Below are positions 38,131 through 51,206 of a DNA stretch of 64,000 nt, piece by piece. The position numbers and the translations under genes were made by a program. The DNA comes from Psammoneis japonica (taxonomy: Eukaryota): the NCBI GenBank assembly GCA_008632985.1, contig QPGO01000172.1:62001-126000 (forward strand), given 5' to 3'. The notes under the pieces were generated by a model. The model was not told the origin of the DNA. It made no database searches and worked only from the letters and a program-made list of their open reading frames with translations. Within the stretch, counting starts at the first letter, position 1. Every line of letters starts with the position of its first letter.

Positions 38131-39845
38131 GATTTAGCGGCCAGCGGATTGGGATCATATTATTGATGCAGAACAAGAAGTTCAAGCATTCCGGTTCCAC
38201 CGACCGCATCAAGTGAAACCAGTGTCGATGAAAAAGAACACGAGAATGATCTATCGCATCAATTAAGACGCTCAGTATCAGGAAGCGAGCAAGCCAATTC
38301 ATCAAGACTTACAAGATCAAGACAGGACGGAATTGTCTGTTTCTTCAACTCCATCATCGCAAAGTTCGAGTTTGGTTCGTGACGATCCTGATTGAATTAT
38401 ACTCAAGCAGCGCATTGAAAACTCCATTATCAAGGCTGAAGAAAAGTGGCTCATGGAAAAAATCAATCGAGACATTATTAAAGAGCAAAAGAACGACATT
38501 CATGGACAGGATTGATAAATACATTCTTGCAGCCGAACGGGCTCCTTCTCCACTGCCACCGTCATTGTCACCTTATGTTGGAAGTATGGTAATAGACTTG
38601 TGTACTTATCAAGAGGCTCAGCAACATGACTCTTCTACGGAGATTGATTTTGTTTGGACTACAACGAATGAGACAGAAGCTGATCAACACAAGAAAGCGC
38701 GTGATAATGACGACTCGTTGGGGGTACTTCATGATGTCAAGGGCGGGCGTGTCCTGTTACATTTTGATCGTGGAAAGTCGAAGTCGACCTCTGGTTTTGG
38801 CGCGCTTTTCAACGTTTGCTCGTGATGTGTTCACGTCTGCAATCTCAAAGTCTTACAATTCGCGAACCAACGACAACTTTCACTCATTTCTTGTGAGTTC
38901 TTGCTTCTTCTCATCTCTACCTCACTCCACCGTCGCCAAGAGTTTCCCCCCCGGTAGTCGCCACGGGTTTTAGTACGAGTATTCGTATGCCGACCCATTG
39001 ATGCGCTCGCCCATCCCGACGTCTCCGTTCGTGACCGCCCCGTTGGGGTCGTCGACGAGCTGATATTCTTGCACCCTCCGCAAATCCTTGGCTCCACTAA
39101 CGACACCCTTGAAACCCTACTTGGCTTTCTTGCTATTTATCTCAACCTTCTCTCACCAAATCAGGTGCGTGGCTTTGTATTTCAGAGCAGCACCAGCAGC
39201 CAAAGGGTCGCTACTTGTATTAAGTAGAAATCCGAGCAAGAAGCTTCTTCCAAGCAGCGGGTCGAACGGGGCGAATTGTCAAAGAGCGTGAGCAACATGA
39301 GCAGTGAGCGAAAGATTGCAAGGAATTTGCAGCATAGCTTCTGTTGCATAATATATTTCTTTTGCTTCGTCGACTCACCCAGAAACGATTGCTCTGGCCG
39401 TTCTTGTCCGTCAGAAAGTGAAGGATTGCAGTGGCTTCGTCGTGGTCAGTGGTCTCAATCCCTTCACGAACTCGTCGACGTCATTCTCGTCGGAGCAATT
39501 ACATTGTCCTTGTCTCAAAGTGGTCGCGCCTGCATTGCTGTAGCACACTGTGAAAAAGTAACTCCACTAGCTCTAGAGTCAGCTCTAAAGAGGACGTGCT
39601 GACCTTGCCACAATAAGAGCTACTCGCTAGTATTGTAGCCCGCCATCGTATCGTCTAGTTTAGGCCGAAAGAATGGTCGAGAACACACAAACGGTAATTT
39701 ACTGTTTAATGACATGCTATCTAGGGTGCGCAACAGTACATCATCCAGCTTCGGAACCGCAGGAAACAAAAACCTTTTCTTTCTAACTTTGAACGAAACA
39801 ACATTTGTAGAAGCATTCCGTGAGGTGCTCGTGCTTGCTTTCTCA

Positions 39846-40170
39846 CTAGTCGGCCCTAAGAACACAATCAGCAAGAAATGCCCCTGCAGGTCCACCAACT
39901 AGAGGTCCCGCAATGTACGCTCCCATGTCCTTCATGGCAGCACCACCCCACCCGGCAAAAACAGTCACGAGGTGAGGACCAAAATTTTGGGCCGGGTTTA
40001 TACCGGCACTTAAGGACGAAAGTATCCACACCTGAATGTCACCACATCAATGTCAAATGGCTAAAGACGATTTCAAAAGCTTGAACTTATCCGGTGAGGA
40101 AACCAAGGAGCAGAGTCATGCAGCCGATGGCAGTGCCACAACAAGGACCGGCACAGAGCCAGAAGGAATG
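39846..40170 (-). pseudogene. Aquaglyceroporin (MIP/GlpF-like) C-terminal fragment
   Basis: AGINPAQNFGPHLVT...YIAGPLVGGPAGAFL matches the second NPA region (NPARDFGPR). The upstream exon is cut at the edge of domain 4. Confidence 0.8.
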
Positions 40171-40179
40171 TTCTAGAGG

Positions 40180-42460
40180 AGGATGCAATGTGCAATCATG
40201 AGTCCTTCCATCACAGGCATAAAATTGCAACAAAGAAACAGCTTTCATCAGAAATTACGCTCTTTTGATGAGTGGTCTGATGGCAAAGACCGTGAATGCG
40301 AGAAACCCCGTGCCGATGGCTTTGTGATCAAGAAAGCGTGGCCAGGACCACTGACATCCTTTGAAAGACTGTGTCCATCAATGGAAAAGAGGACAGGTGT
40401 GTAAACATCATGCAAGGTTGGCAGTCAAAGCAAATGCGGGATTGATCTTTGCACTGAATGTGGAACGATGGTGAAGTCCCCTGTGCTGACTCACACTGGC
40501 TTGAACAATGCGCCCCATCATCTGCAGTGGAATGTTTCTCTCTCAACAACAGCCCAGTGAGCACAGAGTGTTGCTTTCTTCAAATGAAGTGAGTCCTTTC
40601 TGATGGCAGCTCAACTCTGTTTCACACAGAAAGCAAAACTGCAGTTGACACGTCCATGGCTTTTCCAGACATGGCAATGAAGGCAAGGTCATTTTCCGAC
40701 AGGGGATGAAGTTTAAGGTTTGAGGTTCTTTTGGTTGAGAAAGAATGCAACGACTAGAGAGAAAAGAGCTGTTCATTTGTGATGATGGAGGAGATCACAG
40801 AACATCATCAAGAGCGGGGCCTCTGCGATGGGAGCTGCGCGGACTTTGACTGCAACAACATCACCAGATGATGAACACGACATCCACCCCTTCTGCCAGA
40901 CACTTTCTCAAACTCACCAACCAAGTCAATCCTCTGACCTTTTGTTGCTTGCTGCCACTTTCTTTTTCTTGAGATTCAATGTCGGTGCTCATTTGGAAAG
41001 GTGGGCCCATCATCCCAGTTGACATGGTCAACCTTGGTGGAGTCATGAAATGTTCCTGACAATGCCAAAGTCTTGTGGGAACACTGCCATTGGCACTCCA
41101 CATGGCCAGCTGACCACACCAGCTCATCGCATTGGTGGTGCAAAGAGGACATGATTTTTGGGGACAAGGCTGTGCACAAACAACCTCTCTTTGACCATTG
41201 TTGTGAATGACTGGCTTTTGATGGCCACTTTCCCATCACTTGTGATCCAAAAGATTCAGAGAACATTGTTTCTTCCAGGGCATGCAGAGGTGAGTCTTGA
41301 AGCAGTGCATTGTGAGAGTGTGCCTTGAAGCGCATCTTGTTGAGAAAGCACTGCATGTCATGAGGCATGTCTTGAAGTGTTGCATGTTTTAAGGTGCATC
41401 TTGAGGCGCCTCTTGAGGTGGCGCGTCATGTCTGAAGTCACCTTGTCTCGCTGGAACAACAACCTTGTCACTGCAAAATGCAGACCTCCCAACTGCCTGA
41501 CATCAATCAGGCCAAGTCATTTTGGACCTTCTTTTTGGATCAGAAGGCCTTGAGGTGTGTTTTGAGGTGGCTCTTCAGGAAATCTTTGGCGCTCCCACAC
41601 AAAGTGTGTGGACCTCGCAACAGCAACCCAGCGTTGGTCAGATCAAATTGTTTCAAACCTCTTTTGCAGATCAGAGGGCAACAAGAAACAACAATTTGGA
41701 CACACATTGACCCAGTTTTGTGGCAGTCTCATGACACTTGTCAAGAGACACACACAAGCTCATGAGTGTGGTGGCTTGCCTTTTTGCACAAGAGGAGTTC
41801 GCAACAATGAAAGGGCAACAAAGCAACTTTCATCGCCGCTGTGAAAAATTGTGTTTGTTGTGATTGCAGTGTGAAAAATGAGCAATGCTCTCTGTTCTTG
41901 GATGCACTTGGCTGTGCACAGCTGTTGAGCAGAAAATGTGAAAGCTTGTCCTGTGGCAACCTCCAGCCCAAACTTGCCAATTTTTAATTTTTGACTGGCA
42001 GCATCAGCAGTTTGTGTGCATGCAGCTTTGTTTAGTGCATGTGGGGTGGGGCACTCCACTTGCCACTTGCCACCTGCCTTTGTGAAACTGGCTTGGCGAG
42101 ATCCCAGACTTGCTTGGCGGCATTGTGGGCTGGGTGGTCGTCCTCGGGAGAGATGAGAAAACAAAAGCGCCGCCATCCAAGCCTCCTCCTCCTGCTGCTG
42201 CCAAAAACTGAGGGCTTCATTTTGCTTCTTTTGCAGACTGGTGGTGTGTGAGTTCACCAGCTTCCAAAGTCACCAGAGAGTTTTGCCAATTCTTCTCTCC
42301 CTCTCTGTCTCTCTGCTGCGACTTTGGTGACAGAGCAGAGGTGGCTGCGGGTGCTGGTTGTCGCTCACCGTACCATGGATGCGCAGGCGCGCATGAATCC
42401 GCACATGGTTGTCCCCGCCGCGGTTTCGGTCATGCACAATGATGCGAAGCCGCACAGCGA
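40180..42460. other. TpA-depleted hypermutated domain 4 (edges approximate)
   Basis: TA nearly absent; domain ends just upstream of the PP1 ATG. Confidence 0.8.
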
Positions 42461-42498
42461 TTGCAAAGTATAAAAGCAACTGAACATAGCAAGCCACA

Positions 42499-43776
42499 AT
42501 GCCTTTGAAAAAGCTCAATTCGTTATTTCCAAGAAGAAGGTCTTGGCGTCGCGGAAGTGATGACTTTCCAACGGAGGATCAGATAACGGCGGTAGCTGAA
42601 GCAGATAAAGAAGAAGAAGAAGTAGAGCAGGAGGTGAACAAACAACAAGTCGATACAGAAGTAGCGGAGAATGATGTATTGGACGAAGCTGCAATTCAAG
42701 ACATGATTAAACGACTAATTTCGGTGAAGTCAGAGCCAGAAGGGACATCGGTCTACTTGTCGGAAGAAGAAATGACGAGTCTTTGTCACTTAGCAAGGCC
42801 GATTTTCTTACAACAGCCGGTATTTTTAGAGTTGGTGGCGCCCATGAAGATATGCGGAGACATACACGGCCAGTTCCGTGACTTACTCCATATGCTTGAC
42901 AGTGTCGGGTACCCTCCAGCAAACAACTTTTTATTTCTGGGAGATTATGTCGACCGAGGCAAAAACTCGATTGAAACGATTTCCTTATTGCTTGCCTTTA
43001 AGGTGTTGTATCCTGAGAATTTCTTCTTGTTGCGAGGAAATCACGAATGCGAGACTGTCAGTCGAGTCTATGGGTTTTATGACGAATGCAAGCGTCGCTA
43101 TTCTGTGAAACTGTTCAAGACCTTTTGCAGTGTCTTTGATTGTCTTCCCGTCGCAGCTCTTTTGGAGGAGCGTGTCATTTGCATGCACGGTGGGTTATCT
43201 CCCGACATACAGAGCCTTGCCGACATTTTGGATATAACTAGGCCATGCCCAGTGCCTGAATATGGACTCATGTGCGATTTACTCTGGTCTGATCCGACTG
43301 AGGTCGAGGTGGGTACTTCTTCTCTCTTCACTTTCTCTTTTTCCGGTTTGATCTTGTCTCTAGAGTTCGTTTCTCATGGGAATTTGTTTCTGTACGACTG
43401 TCAGGGCTGGGGTGATAATGAACGTGGCGTATCTTGGGTATTCGGTGCGGATGTGGTGGAGCAGTTCTTGCGTGCTCATGACCTTGATCTGATAATTCGT
43501 GGTCATCAGGTAGTGGAGGATGGGTACGAATTCTTTGCGAACCGGCAACTGGTGACGCTCTTCTCTGCTCCGAATTATTGCGGTGAATTTGATAACGCTG
43601 GGGCCATGATTATCGCCGATGAAGATTTGACCTTGAGCTTTCAAGTCTTTGGCACTTGTCAAGAAGCACTGGATGGCATTGCAGATCGGCAGGTCCAGAC
43701 TAACGACGAAGGAGAAACTGAGACGAATGGTACCGAAGATGTCATCCACGAGAACGGCGACAGCAGCGCTCCATAG
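42499..43776 (+). CDS. PP1: Serine/threonine protein phosphatase PP1 catalytic subunit (96-bp in-frame intron 43309-43404)
   Basis: [45 protein letters not shown] and [11 protein letters not shown]. Removing GTGGGT...TCAG restores [18 protein letters not shown]. Confidence 0.95.
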   Translation: MPLKKLNSLFPRRRSWRRGSDDFPTEDQITAVAEADKEEEEVEQEVNKQQVDTEVAENDVLDEAAIQDMIKRLISVKSEPEGTSVYLSEEEMTSLCHLARPIFLQQPVFLELVAPMKICGDIHGQFRDLLHMLDSVGYPPANNFLFLGDYVDRGKNSIETISLLLAFKVLYPENFFLLRGNHECETVSRVYGFYDECKRRYSVKLFKTFCSVFDCLPVAALLEERVICMHGGLSPDIQSLADILDITRPCPVPEYGLMCDLLWSDPTEVEVGTSSLFTFSFSGLILSLEFVSHGNLFLYDCQGWGDNERGVSWVFGADVVEQFLRAHDLDLIIRGHQVVEDGYEFFANRQLVTLFSAPNYCGEFDNAGAMIIADEDLTLSFQVFGTCQEALDGIADRQVQTNDEGETETNGTEDVIHENGDSSAP

Positions 43777-43955
43777 CGAACAAGGCTTATCTTTGGGGGC
43801 TGACGTTAGGTTGCACACGCATTTTCAGTAAATAGTGAGACTGCCTTTGTGCTACTGTACTCATCTGTCAGCTAGTAATATATCATAATGTGTAAGTAAA
43901 TCTGTTGGATGGATTCGGCATCTCCCACCTCGGTATACCGTACCCCGTTTCATCT

Positions 43956-45083
43956 CTACCACACTTTGTACCATGGCTTGGTTGCAGCAAACGGGACGCC
44001 GAGTTCCAGCAACTTTGCAAAGGCCTTTGCAAAATCCTTGAAGAAGGCATCTTCGTCCTTTGCGTAGAGTTCAACCCACTTGTTGAACGCCGGATCCTGA
44101 ACGAGCGCGAGATCACTGTAGAAAAAAGCATGGTCAGGTATCGCGAACAATACATCGTCGTGGTTTCGGCATGTACTTACGCTGGAAGCATCATGAGCTG
44201 ACCGTTCGAGTTTTCGTACTGGTCGGGTCCCGTCCACGGCTTGCCATTGTGCGTAGTCTTGGGAGTCCACTTCTCCTCCTTGAGCAAGCGGAAATATTCG
44301 TTCGAAAATGTGTTCTCTGCGAATGTCCATGGTCCCCAATATCCGGACGCTTCCGTGTGGCATCGACCCATTGCATGCGCCCCTATAAGCGCAACGATTT
44401 CGCGGTCGTCAAACCCCATGCGGCCAAAGATATCCCGGACATGAGCAATCGTCTTGTCGCGTGATCCCTTGTCAGCATCCGGCAGACGTCCATCTGGAGG
44501 AGAGGTTTCACCGCTCTCCATGTCAGCCCTTCCCAACCTGAACTTGATGGTTGGTCCTCCGGCTTCTTCCACAGCCACAACGCCAGCCAACGTGTACAGA
44601 TCCGCATACGAAATCTCTGGGTGCTTTGTTTTGACCGGTTCCAACGCATCACGGGCGATATCCAATCCGGCGTTGGCACCCCAGTCCTTTTCGGGAGCAT
44701 GGCGAATGCGACCACCATCCGACCCGCCCAACTTATCAGCCTTACCATACGTGCCAGAGCAGTGCCATGCAAGACGGATAAAGGTTCCCAGAAGCGAGGT
44801 CCCGTCTCCGCGCTTCTCCATGTCACTCTCAATGACGTCAACAATGGATTCTCGAACCTTCTTGATATCGACAGACTCCTTCGCATGGACTTGAGAAGGG
44901 GAAGCAGCTCCATAGAGCGTGAAAGCTCCAATCGTCATGACGGCAGGGGCAGTCAAGCGCTGTATATGTTTAGAAACACAACGAGATGATTCACAGACGC
45001 AGTGAGCGTTGAAAAACGGAAAAGTCGAACCATGACATCAGGAAAGTACTTACAGATGCGGTGACACGAGCAGCGTTCATCAT
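43956..45083 (-). CDS. CCP1: Cytochrome c peroxidase (class I heme peroxidase), 3 exons; introns 44960-45053 and 44116-44180
   Basis: [42 protein letters not shown] and FAKLLELGV. Two GTAAGT...CAG introns. N-terminus [12 protein letters not shown] is presequence-like. Confidence 0.9.
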
Positions 45084-45789
45084 TGTTGCACACAATATTC
45101 AGTACAGTAGGAACGAACAAGGCAGGTGTGGTTGTTATTGATGATCCTGATGACAGCGAAGAAGATGATAGCGGCGACAATAGTACTGTAGCGACGACGC
45201 GGACGCGAAGTTGACACAACAACAACCAAGCCAAAGCAGAGAAAAAACGCAGAGAAGATCGCGATCTTTCAATTTCCGGGTTAGTAACGCGAACAAGCGT
45301 TTGTAATGCGTCCCTTCCCGGTTCTCAGCCTCACGTTTTGCCTGGTCTGCTTGTCTCCCGACGCTTACTTTTCTCCGATCGCTCCGACTCACATTCTGAA
45401 TTCTTCATCATCTCTCGCGCGCGTAGCGTCTCGCGCAGTTTTTTCGCTTTGCCCATTCTTCACCTTCAACCTCTTTGCATGCGCTATCACTCTACCGGTA
45501 TCACAGGCTCTATTGTTCTTGAGCTCAAAGTCGCAATGCTGCGATGCTGCGATGCTTCGAATGTGTCTCATTTTCTTGAGACATAATGTTTCCGCTTTGA
45601 TCATCATATAAGAATGCTGTTCAGGCCTAATTATTGCAGCAATCAGTTGGGAGGTCACGTTTGAAACTCCGACAGGTCGCGCTCTCGTTCTTTCTGAGCT
45701 GCCCGAGAACAACAGTGAGGGCGAGGTAAGAAACGACCCAGTATGTACGGAACAAATAAATTGTCACCATTGTCTCTTTATGATGATTG

Positions 45790-47150
45790 GAATGATGATC
45801 GAGGCATTGTCTTTGTATAAGAGGGTGTGGGCGCAGTCTCATCATGGGTCGGAAGAAGGATCGTGGTTTTTTCTCTAGCCATCTCGGGGAGAAGCCTGTT
45901 AGTGGAGGATCGATTCGATGAGGATGAATCTCTCCATGAACGTTTGCGGAAGTGTAAAGCCATTGCCGCTGAGAAATTCGACAACATTGCACAGAAGTCC
46001 AACGTGATTTCGTCTCCAACGCTGTTGAGCAGCATGATGCAGCAACAACATGCAGTACAAAATTATTCTCGCAAATTATCTCATGCTGAAGAATGGCTCG
46101 ATAAAATTTCGATTGAGGTTTCGGGTGTACGGTATCGTTATAGAACCCATGACGGGCACACAAATTGTCGAACGAGTCAAGACAAGAACAACTGAAGTGC
46201 AGCGACGCTGTTTGCATTTTCTTGTGTCGTGTCAGCAAGAATTACGTGCAGTCCTGGCAGCTGAATGCCAGGGATGTGAGTTAAAGAAGAATGCGCTTTT
46301 GGGTGGGATGAAGGATGGAGAATCGTGGGGATTGCGCAAGGGGTTTTGAAACACGGTGGGGCACTTATTGCGATTTGCAACGATTTGGAATGTATCTTGA
46401 CGGCTATCCAGAAAATGGATCGTGAAGCAGAAAATACGCATAAACTCGCCGAGCGACTGAGACCCATGGCCAAGAGAACGTTTGTTTTGTTGAAACGAGA
46501 CGTGCCGGTTTCGTATCAAGAACAGAGTTCGGTCTCACCCGTATTTGCCTTTTTTCATCGACTCGAGTATGCCTTGCGGGGTGTTTCTAATGTTGACCCA
46601 GAGGATGACGGTGTGATTTGTATTGACGGATGACGATGAAGTCCATGGGATTAAGCAAAAAGAGGCTAGCAGCCCAGCCAAAAAGAAAGCGGAAGTAATG
46701 AGTCAGGGACAAGCCAAGCGAAGGAAATCAGAGATTGGTGAGAGCAACGTCGTGACGACAGCAACAAAAGCGCGTGGTCCCTTTCATACTATTGCCAAGG
46801 GCGGAGATGTTTCGGACGATGACAGTGACATCGAAGTAGCTGGAGTCTCGGGAAAGGTATCGTCCAGCCCTTACGGTGCACATGCCGTACGAGTACCATG
46901 CTCAATGCGGCCTCTGGTACAAAGTGTTGCATGTGTGACAAACACTTTGATAAGAGTGGCAGCTATGAAGTGAAAGAGACAACCACGTGATTCCGGTATG
47001 TAGGAAAATGCTGCAACAATTGCAGAGGAATTTTGGGCCACAGTAGACGGCTTGGCGGCGGGGGTTTCTACCGCTATTTCCGCATCTACCGGGGATTCGA
47101 ATTCGTCCATGACGGCGGACGAAATTTTGTTTGAAACTAATCAGCAAGGC
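45790..47150 (+). pseudogene. Frameshifted hypothetical protein
   Basis: Chain of overlapping protein-like ORFs (45827, 46050, 46325, 46623) in successive frames. Confidence 0.35.
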
Positions 47151-47988
47151 ACGGTAGTTTCCATAATGTTGGACAGCTCGTGCTTTTATTTGATTCGGCA
47201 TTCGATTTGTTTCCGAGACATTTACGCGGCCTTGCAGAGAGACGGCAAACTTTCAACGGAGTGCAAGCTATCGACTTTGTGTTTGTGAATTCTCATGGTA
47301 CAATGCCAAGGAAAGCGCTAAACAACGGTCCCAAACAAGCGCTTTACGTCGGTGTGAAAATCCAGAGCATCGACGACAATGCTTACCAACAAGACGAGGG
47401 AATTGAGTGGCTTAGTTATTCAAAAGCCACAGCAACCGACGACACCTGCTTTTAAGTCTTATTCGCTTTAGTGACGTTCCTGCCTGCCTGCCTGCCGGTG
47501 AGGGTGTGAGCAGTACTCATAAAGTTTGCTTCTGATTCGTTGTATGCGATTGATTCTCCGAAATACTTTTAGGGCGATTACCACTCTACCTGTATGGACA
47601 ACACCTACTCCTACACCTATTGCAGAGACCGGGGAACGGAAGAAACTGCCCACCAAAACAATGGCGATTTTGGCCAAAATTTTCGTACCTGCCCTTCTGT
47701 ACCTTGTAGATGGTCTCTGCTTATCTATGAATGAGTCCAACGATTTCCCGTCGAGATCAAGGTCGAGTTCGACAATAGCCGTACGGTGGAAGTCCATGCA
47801 CCCGGGCTAGAGCGTCGTTGGTAGCTCTGTTGAAACGATGAGAGCCATTCTCTTTCTCCTCTCGCTATCTGTTTTAACTCAAGCAACGATGACGCAGAAT
47901 TTCCAGATTCAGATCAAAAGGAAAACAAAGGGCGCCACGAGAAAGCCAGATGAATACTTGAAACGGATTGCAAAAATTACAACTAGCT

Positions 47989-48105
47989 TTGCAGTAGATG
48001 GACCCGATGAAGTTAAACGAATCCACCATACACTGGACACGCAAATAATTGCAGTTGATGGACCCGATGAAAGTCAAACGAATCCACCATACACTGGACT
48101 TGCAC
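47989..48105. repeat. Two-copy ~60-bp tandem duplication
   Basis: ttgcagt.gatggacccgatgaa...aaacgaatccaccatacactggac occurs twice. Confidence 0.85.
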
Positions 48106-48109
48106 ATTA

Positions 48110-48855
48110 ATGGCTACTGCGCTACTACTGCACTGAGGACTGCGGTGAACGCGGCACGTTTTGCCACGAGACAAACGAGTGTGGGAGGGTTTGATACAAT
48201 CAACTCGAGCGGCTGCTCACTCGTATCAAGCCAGATTGCATGGGATTGGTCTACTTTGGAAACTACAAGGACGACTTGAACTGATTGATAGCTGCTCTAC
48301 TGCCAATCTGCAGTGATGCCGCCGACACTCAGCAGCAACAACAAGAAGAGTTTCGTATCGATGTGACTCATTTGTGTAGTGCCTTGACTCGGACAGTGCA
48401 AGAATTCTATCACAAACTCTTCAAAGTGCCTCATGTTTCCCCCACAATTGATGCGAGTCACTTGTTGGCGGCTCATGCGGGTGCCTTGTGTACTCGGTTC
48501 ACTGGTGTCAAGCGTGATGACGGTGTTACCGACAGTAAGACGAGCCGCAGCTTACACCACGCACTGCTGAATTGATGATGGTTGCTGCGGATCTCTACTG
48601 ACCACCGGATTAACTGGATACGAGTTCAGCCCCATGCTACTCAAGACGACGACTACAACAAGTAGTAATGACAATGACGACGTGTCCTTGCTCCCGTCAA
48701 CCGTGTGGGGACCAACATGTGACGGCCTTGACAGAGCTTGTCGACAAGTCATGCTTCCTCCACCCAGTTGCGACGACTGGCTCGTGTTTCCAAACTTAAG
48801 ATGCGGCGGTTTCGGCGGTGGATTGGATTTAGGAACGGCCTTTAATGGATTCTAA
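48110..48855 (+). pseudogene. ODC: Ornithine decarboxylase-like (group IV decarboxylase) fragment
   Basis: STVWGPTCDGLD...LP...DWLVFPN...AFNGF, plus IDDGCCGS aligning to INDGxYGS. Confidence 0.75.
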
Positions 48856-49643
48856 CCTCCCGGCACTGCTTGCCGTGTTCTGGGACCGAAGGAAAACGCC
48901 CGTTGTGACAAGAAGCGGCCTGCACGCAAGACCGGATGCTCTGAAGAAATTGTTACATCTGGCCTTGACAGCCTTGCTGCCTGAAGGAAAAGTGCGAGTG
49001 GTTGACCAAACATGTTATCTTACGGAGTAAGGATGGTCGTACAAATGACTCGTCAATGCCGAACATGCATTGCCAGCTCAACACAACTACTCGTGGCACA
49101 CCAGTAAACTGAATACGATGGAGAAAGCTAAAAGTGTAATTATAGAGTGAAAAACCTTCACTTATGCATGATTTGTGCTGCAACAGTCTGCAACTAGGAA
49201 CACCCATAAAATAGCTTCTACTATTTGTCACCACTCGCAAATGTTACAGTGCGCTCTCAATGACAACAAAGGAGCACTCTAGAGCGCTTGTATTGTTTTT
49301 ACATCACATTCATTCTCTGGCACCGCAAGGCTTGATATCTCCGCTGGAACTCAGGAACTGTGTACATCGTATCTGGAAGTAAGAAGTCTCTCTCGTCTCT
49401 GAAAAAAAGGGCGGGTTTCGTCAAGAAATGTGAGGTTGAGAATTCACATTTAGTTTATGTATATACATATGTATATTATGGAGTTCTTCGCTACTTATGA
49501 TGCTTCATTCAGTCATGGACACGCATATTATATAGCCGTTTACGACTAAAGAGCAAATCGCTCGATCCCCCGCCGTCCGCCTCCTCATCAAGAATCATCA
49601 TCACGAAGCGCAGAGAATCATCATAAGCAAACGACAAACGACG

Positions 49644-50750
49644 ATGCCAGAGACCAGAAGTGCCGCCGCCAGGCGTCGGCGTATTGCTGAAGGGCCAATT
49701 ATTCCTCCACTCTATTTGCCATCGAGTGCCGTTGGCGAAATTCTGGGTTACTTGGATCTCGCGTCGCTTGTTTGCATCGGTGCTTGCAACAGTAAATTGA
49801 AAAAGCAAGTGTACGAGGTTCATCACTGGCTTTGGAGCACTATTGATTTTGGTACAGCAGGCAGATCCGTTGCGTCAAGAATCACAGACAGTCAACTTGA
49901 AGCACTGCTCCGCAATAGTCAGGCTCTTAAACGCTCTCACACTCTCAAGCTCAACGGCTGCACTCAAATATCTGGGAACGGATTGGAGCCTCTTCGCGGC
50001 TCGTGTATGCTACGAGAGATTGATCTAAGACTTGCATTTGAAAACGAGTCGGGATTTCCTGATGAGAAGAAAACCGTGTGGCCAAATGGTCCAGTTGAGC
50101 TGAATCTCGACTTTGTGTTGCCGTTGCTCTCGTCCATGCCACCGATTACGCCATCGCCTCTGCTGCAGAACGACTCACTCGGACTCTCGCTTGTCAAAAT
50201 TCGGAAGGAACGGCACGATTCTACCCGTCTTTATGACTGCTTTGGACATCAAATCGACAGGTGGTACTGTACCTTTCATGAAGCTCTGGAAACCCAGGCC
50301 ATTGTTCAGCAAACCCGCTGTGGGCATTGCGATCGCGTCATTGCGCAGGTGACACCCAAGGACCACCTGCATTGGGTGAGCAGCCTTTCTTATTGTGAGA
50401 AATGCAAGAAATACGCCTGTGGTGGCTTGACGGGTGATTGCATTATGAAGGATCAATGCATGTCTTGCATGGTTCAATGTTGCCAGCCCTGGTGGGGTGA
50501 ATTTGAGGTCAAAAAATGCCCCAACTACATCAAGATTCTCACTTGCGCGTCCTGCGGCTTGGGAGAATGTGACAATTGCTACTCCTACGAAGGAATGTTA
50601 TGCGATGGTTGCGATGATTTTTATTGTCATACCAATGGCTGCCGTGATATTCATTGCAGTACATGGGAAAGTTGTGGGAGTACCTATTGCATGGAATGCC
50701 GTGAATCTAATCAGAATGACGATTCTGCTGCAACGATAGGGACACGCTAG
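49644..50750 (+). CDS. F-box/LRR-like protein with Cys-rich C-terminus
   Basis: LP....EILGYL (F-box-like), WSTIDF, ITDSQLEALL and LKLNGCTQISGNGLEPLRGS..LREIDL, followed by many CxxC; intact 368 aa. Confidence 0.75.
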   Translation: MPETRSAAARRRRIAEGPIIPPLYLPSSAVGEILGYLDLASLVCIGACNSKLKKQVYEVHHWLWSTIDFGTAGRSVASRITDSQLEALLRNSQALKRSHTLKLNGCTQISGNGLEPLRGSCMLREIDLRLAFENESGFPDEKKTVWPNGPVELNLDFVLPLLSSMPPITPSPLLQNDSLGLSLVKIRKERHDSTRLYDCFGHQIDRWYCTFHEALETQAIVQQTRCGHCDRVIAQVTPKDHLHWVSSLSYCEKCKKYACGGLTGDCIMKDQCMSCMVQCCQPWWGEFEVKKCPNYIKILTCASCGLGECDNCYSYEGMLCDGCDDFYCHTNGCRDIHCSTWESCGSTYCMECRESNQNDDSAATIGTR

Positions 50751-51206
50751 ATAGAGAGTGTGGACTTGTTGAAAATACCGGTAGAATGGTCTCTACTAAG
50801 AGGGCTTCAGGAATTTTCTAGTTGTAGGAAATACTATAAGCATGAAACTTTTTCAATGGTCTTTCGTTCGTTTTCGTCTGACAAGACTGCAAATATTGGA
50901 TAGACCACGACATGCAATATGGGGCGGAACTACTTCTAAGCATTGTCGTTCTGAACTAATGGTTCATCGTTTGCTAGTTTGTGCGCACTGACTGATACCA
51001 ACAACAGTTCAAAAAAATATTGAATCTTACCACGAAACTGTCCAAATTGGTTCTAGCAAGTATAGGCACCAGCAGTGCCGCAATTGGAGAAGACAACGGG
51101 GTTCATGTGTCGTTCAGCAATACAAATGATCGTGGCTTGTGACAGATTGGTGAAATGATAATGAAAAGCTACTCTAGAGAGTATGTCACTAGCTTGAATA
51201 GCTTCG

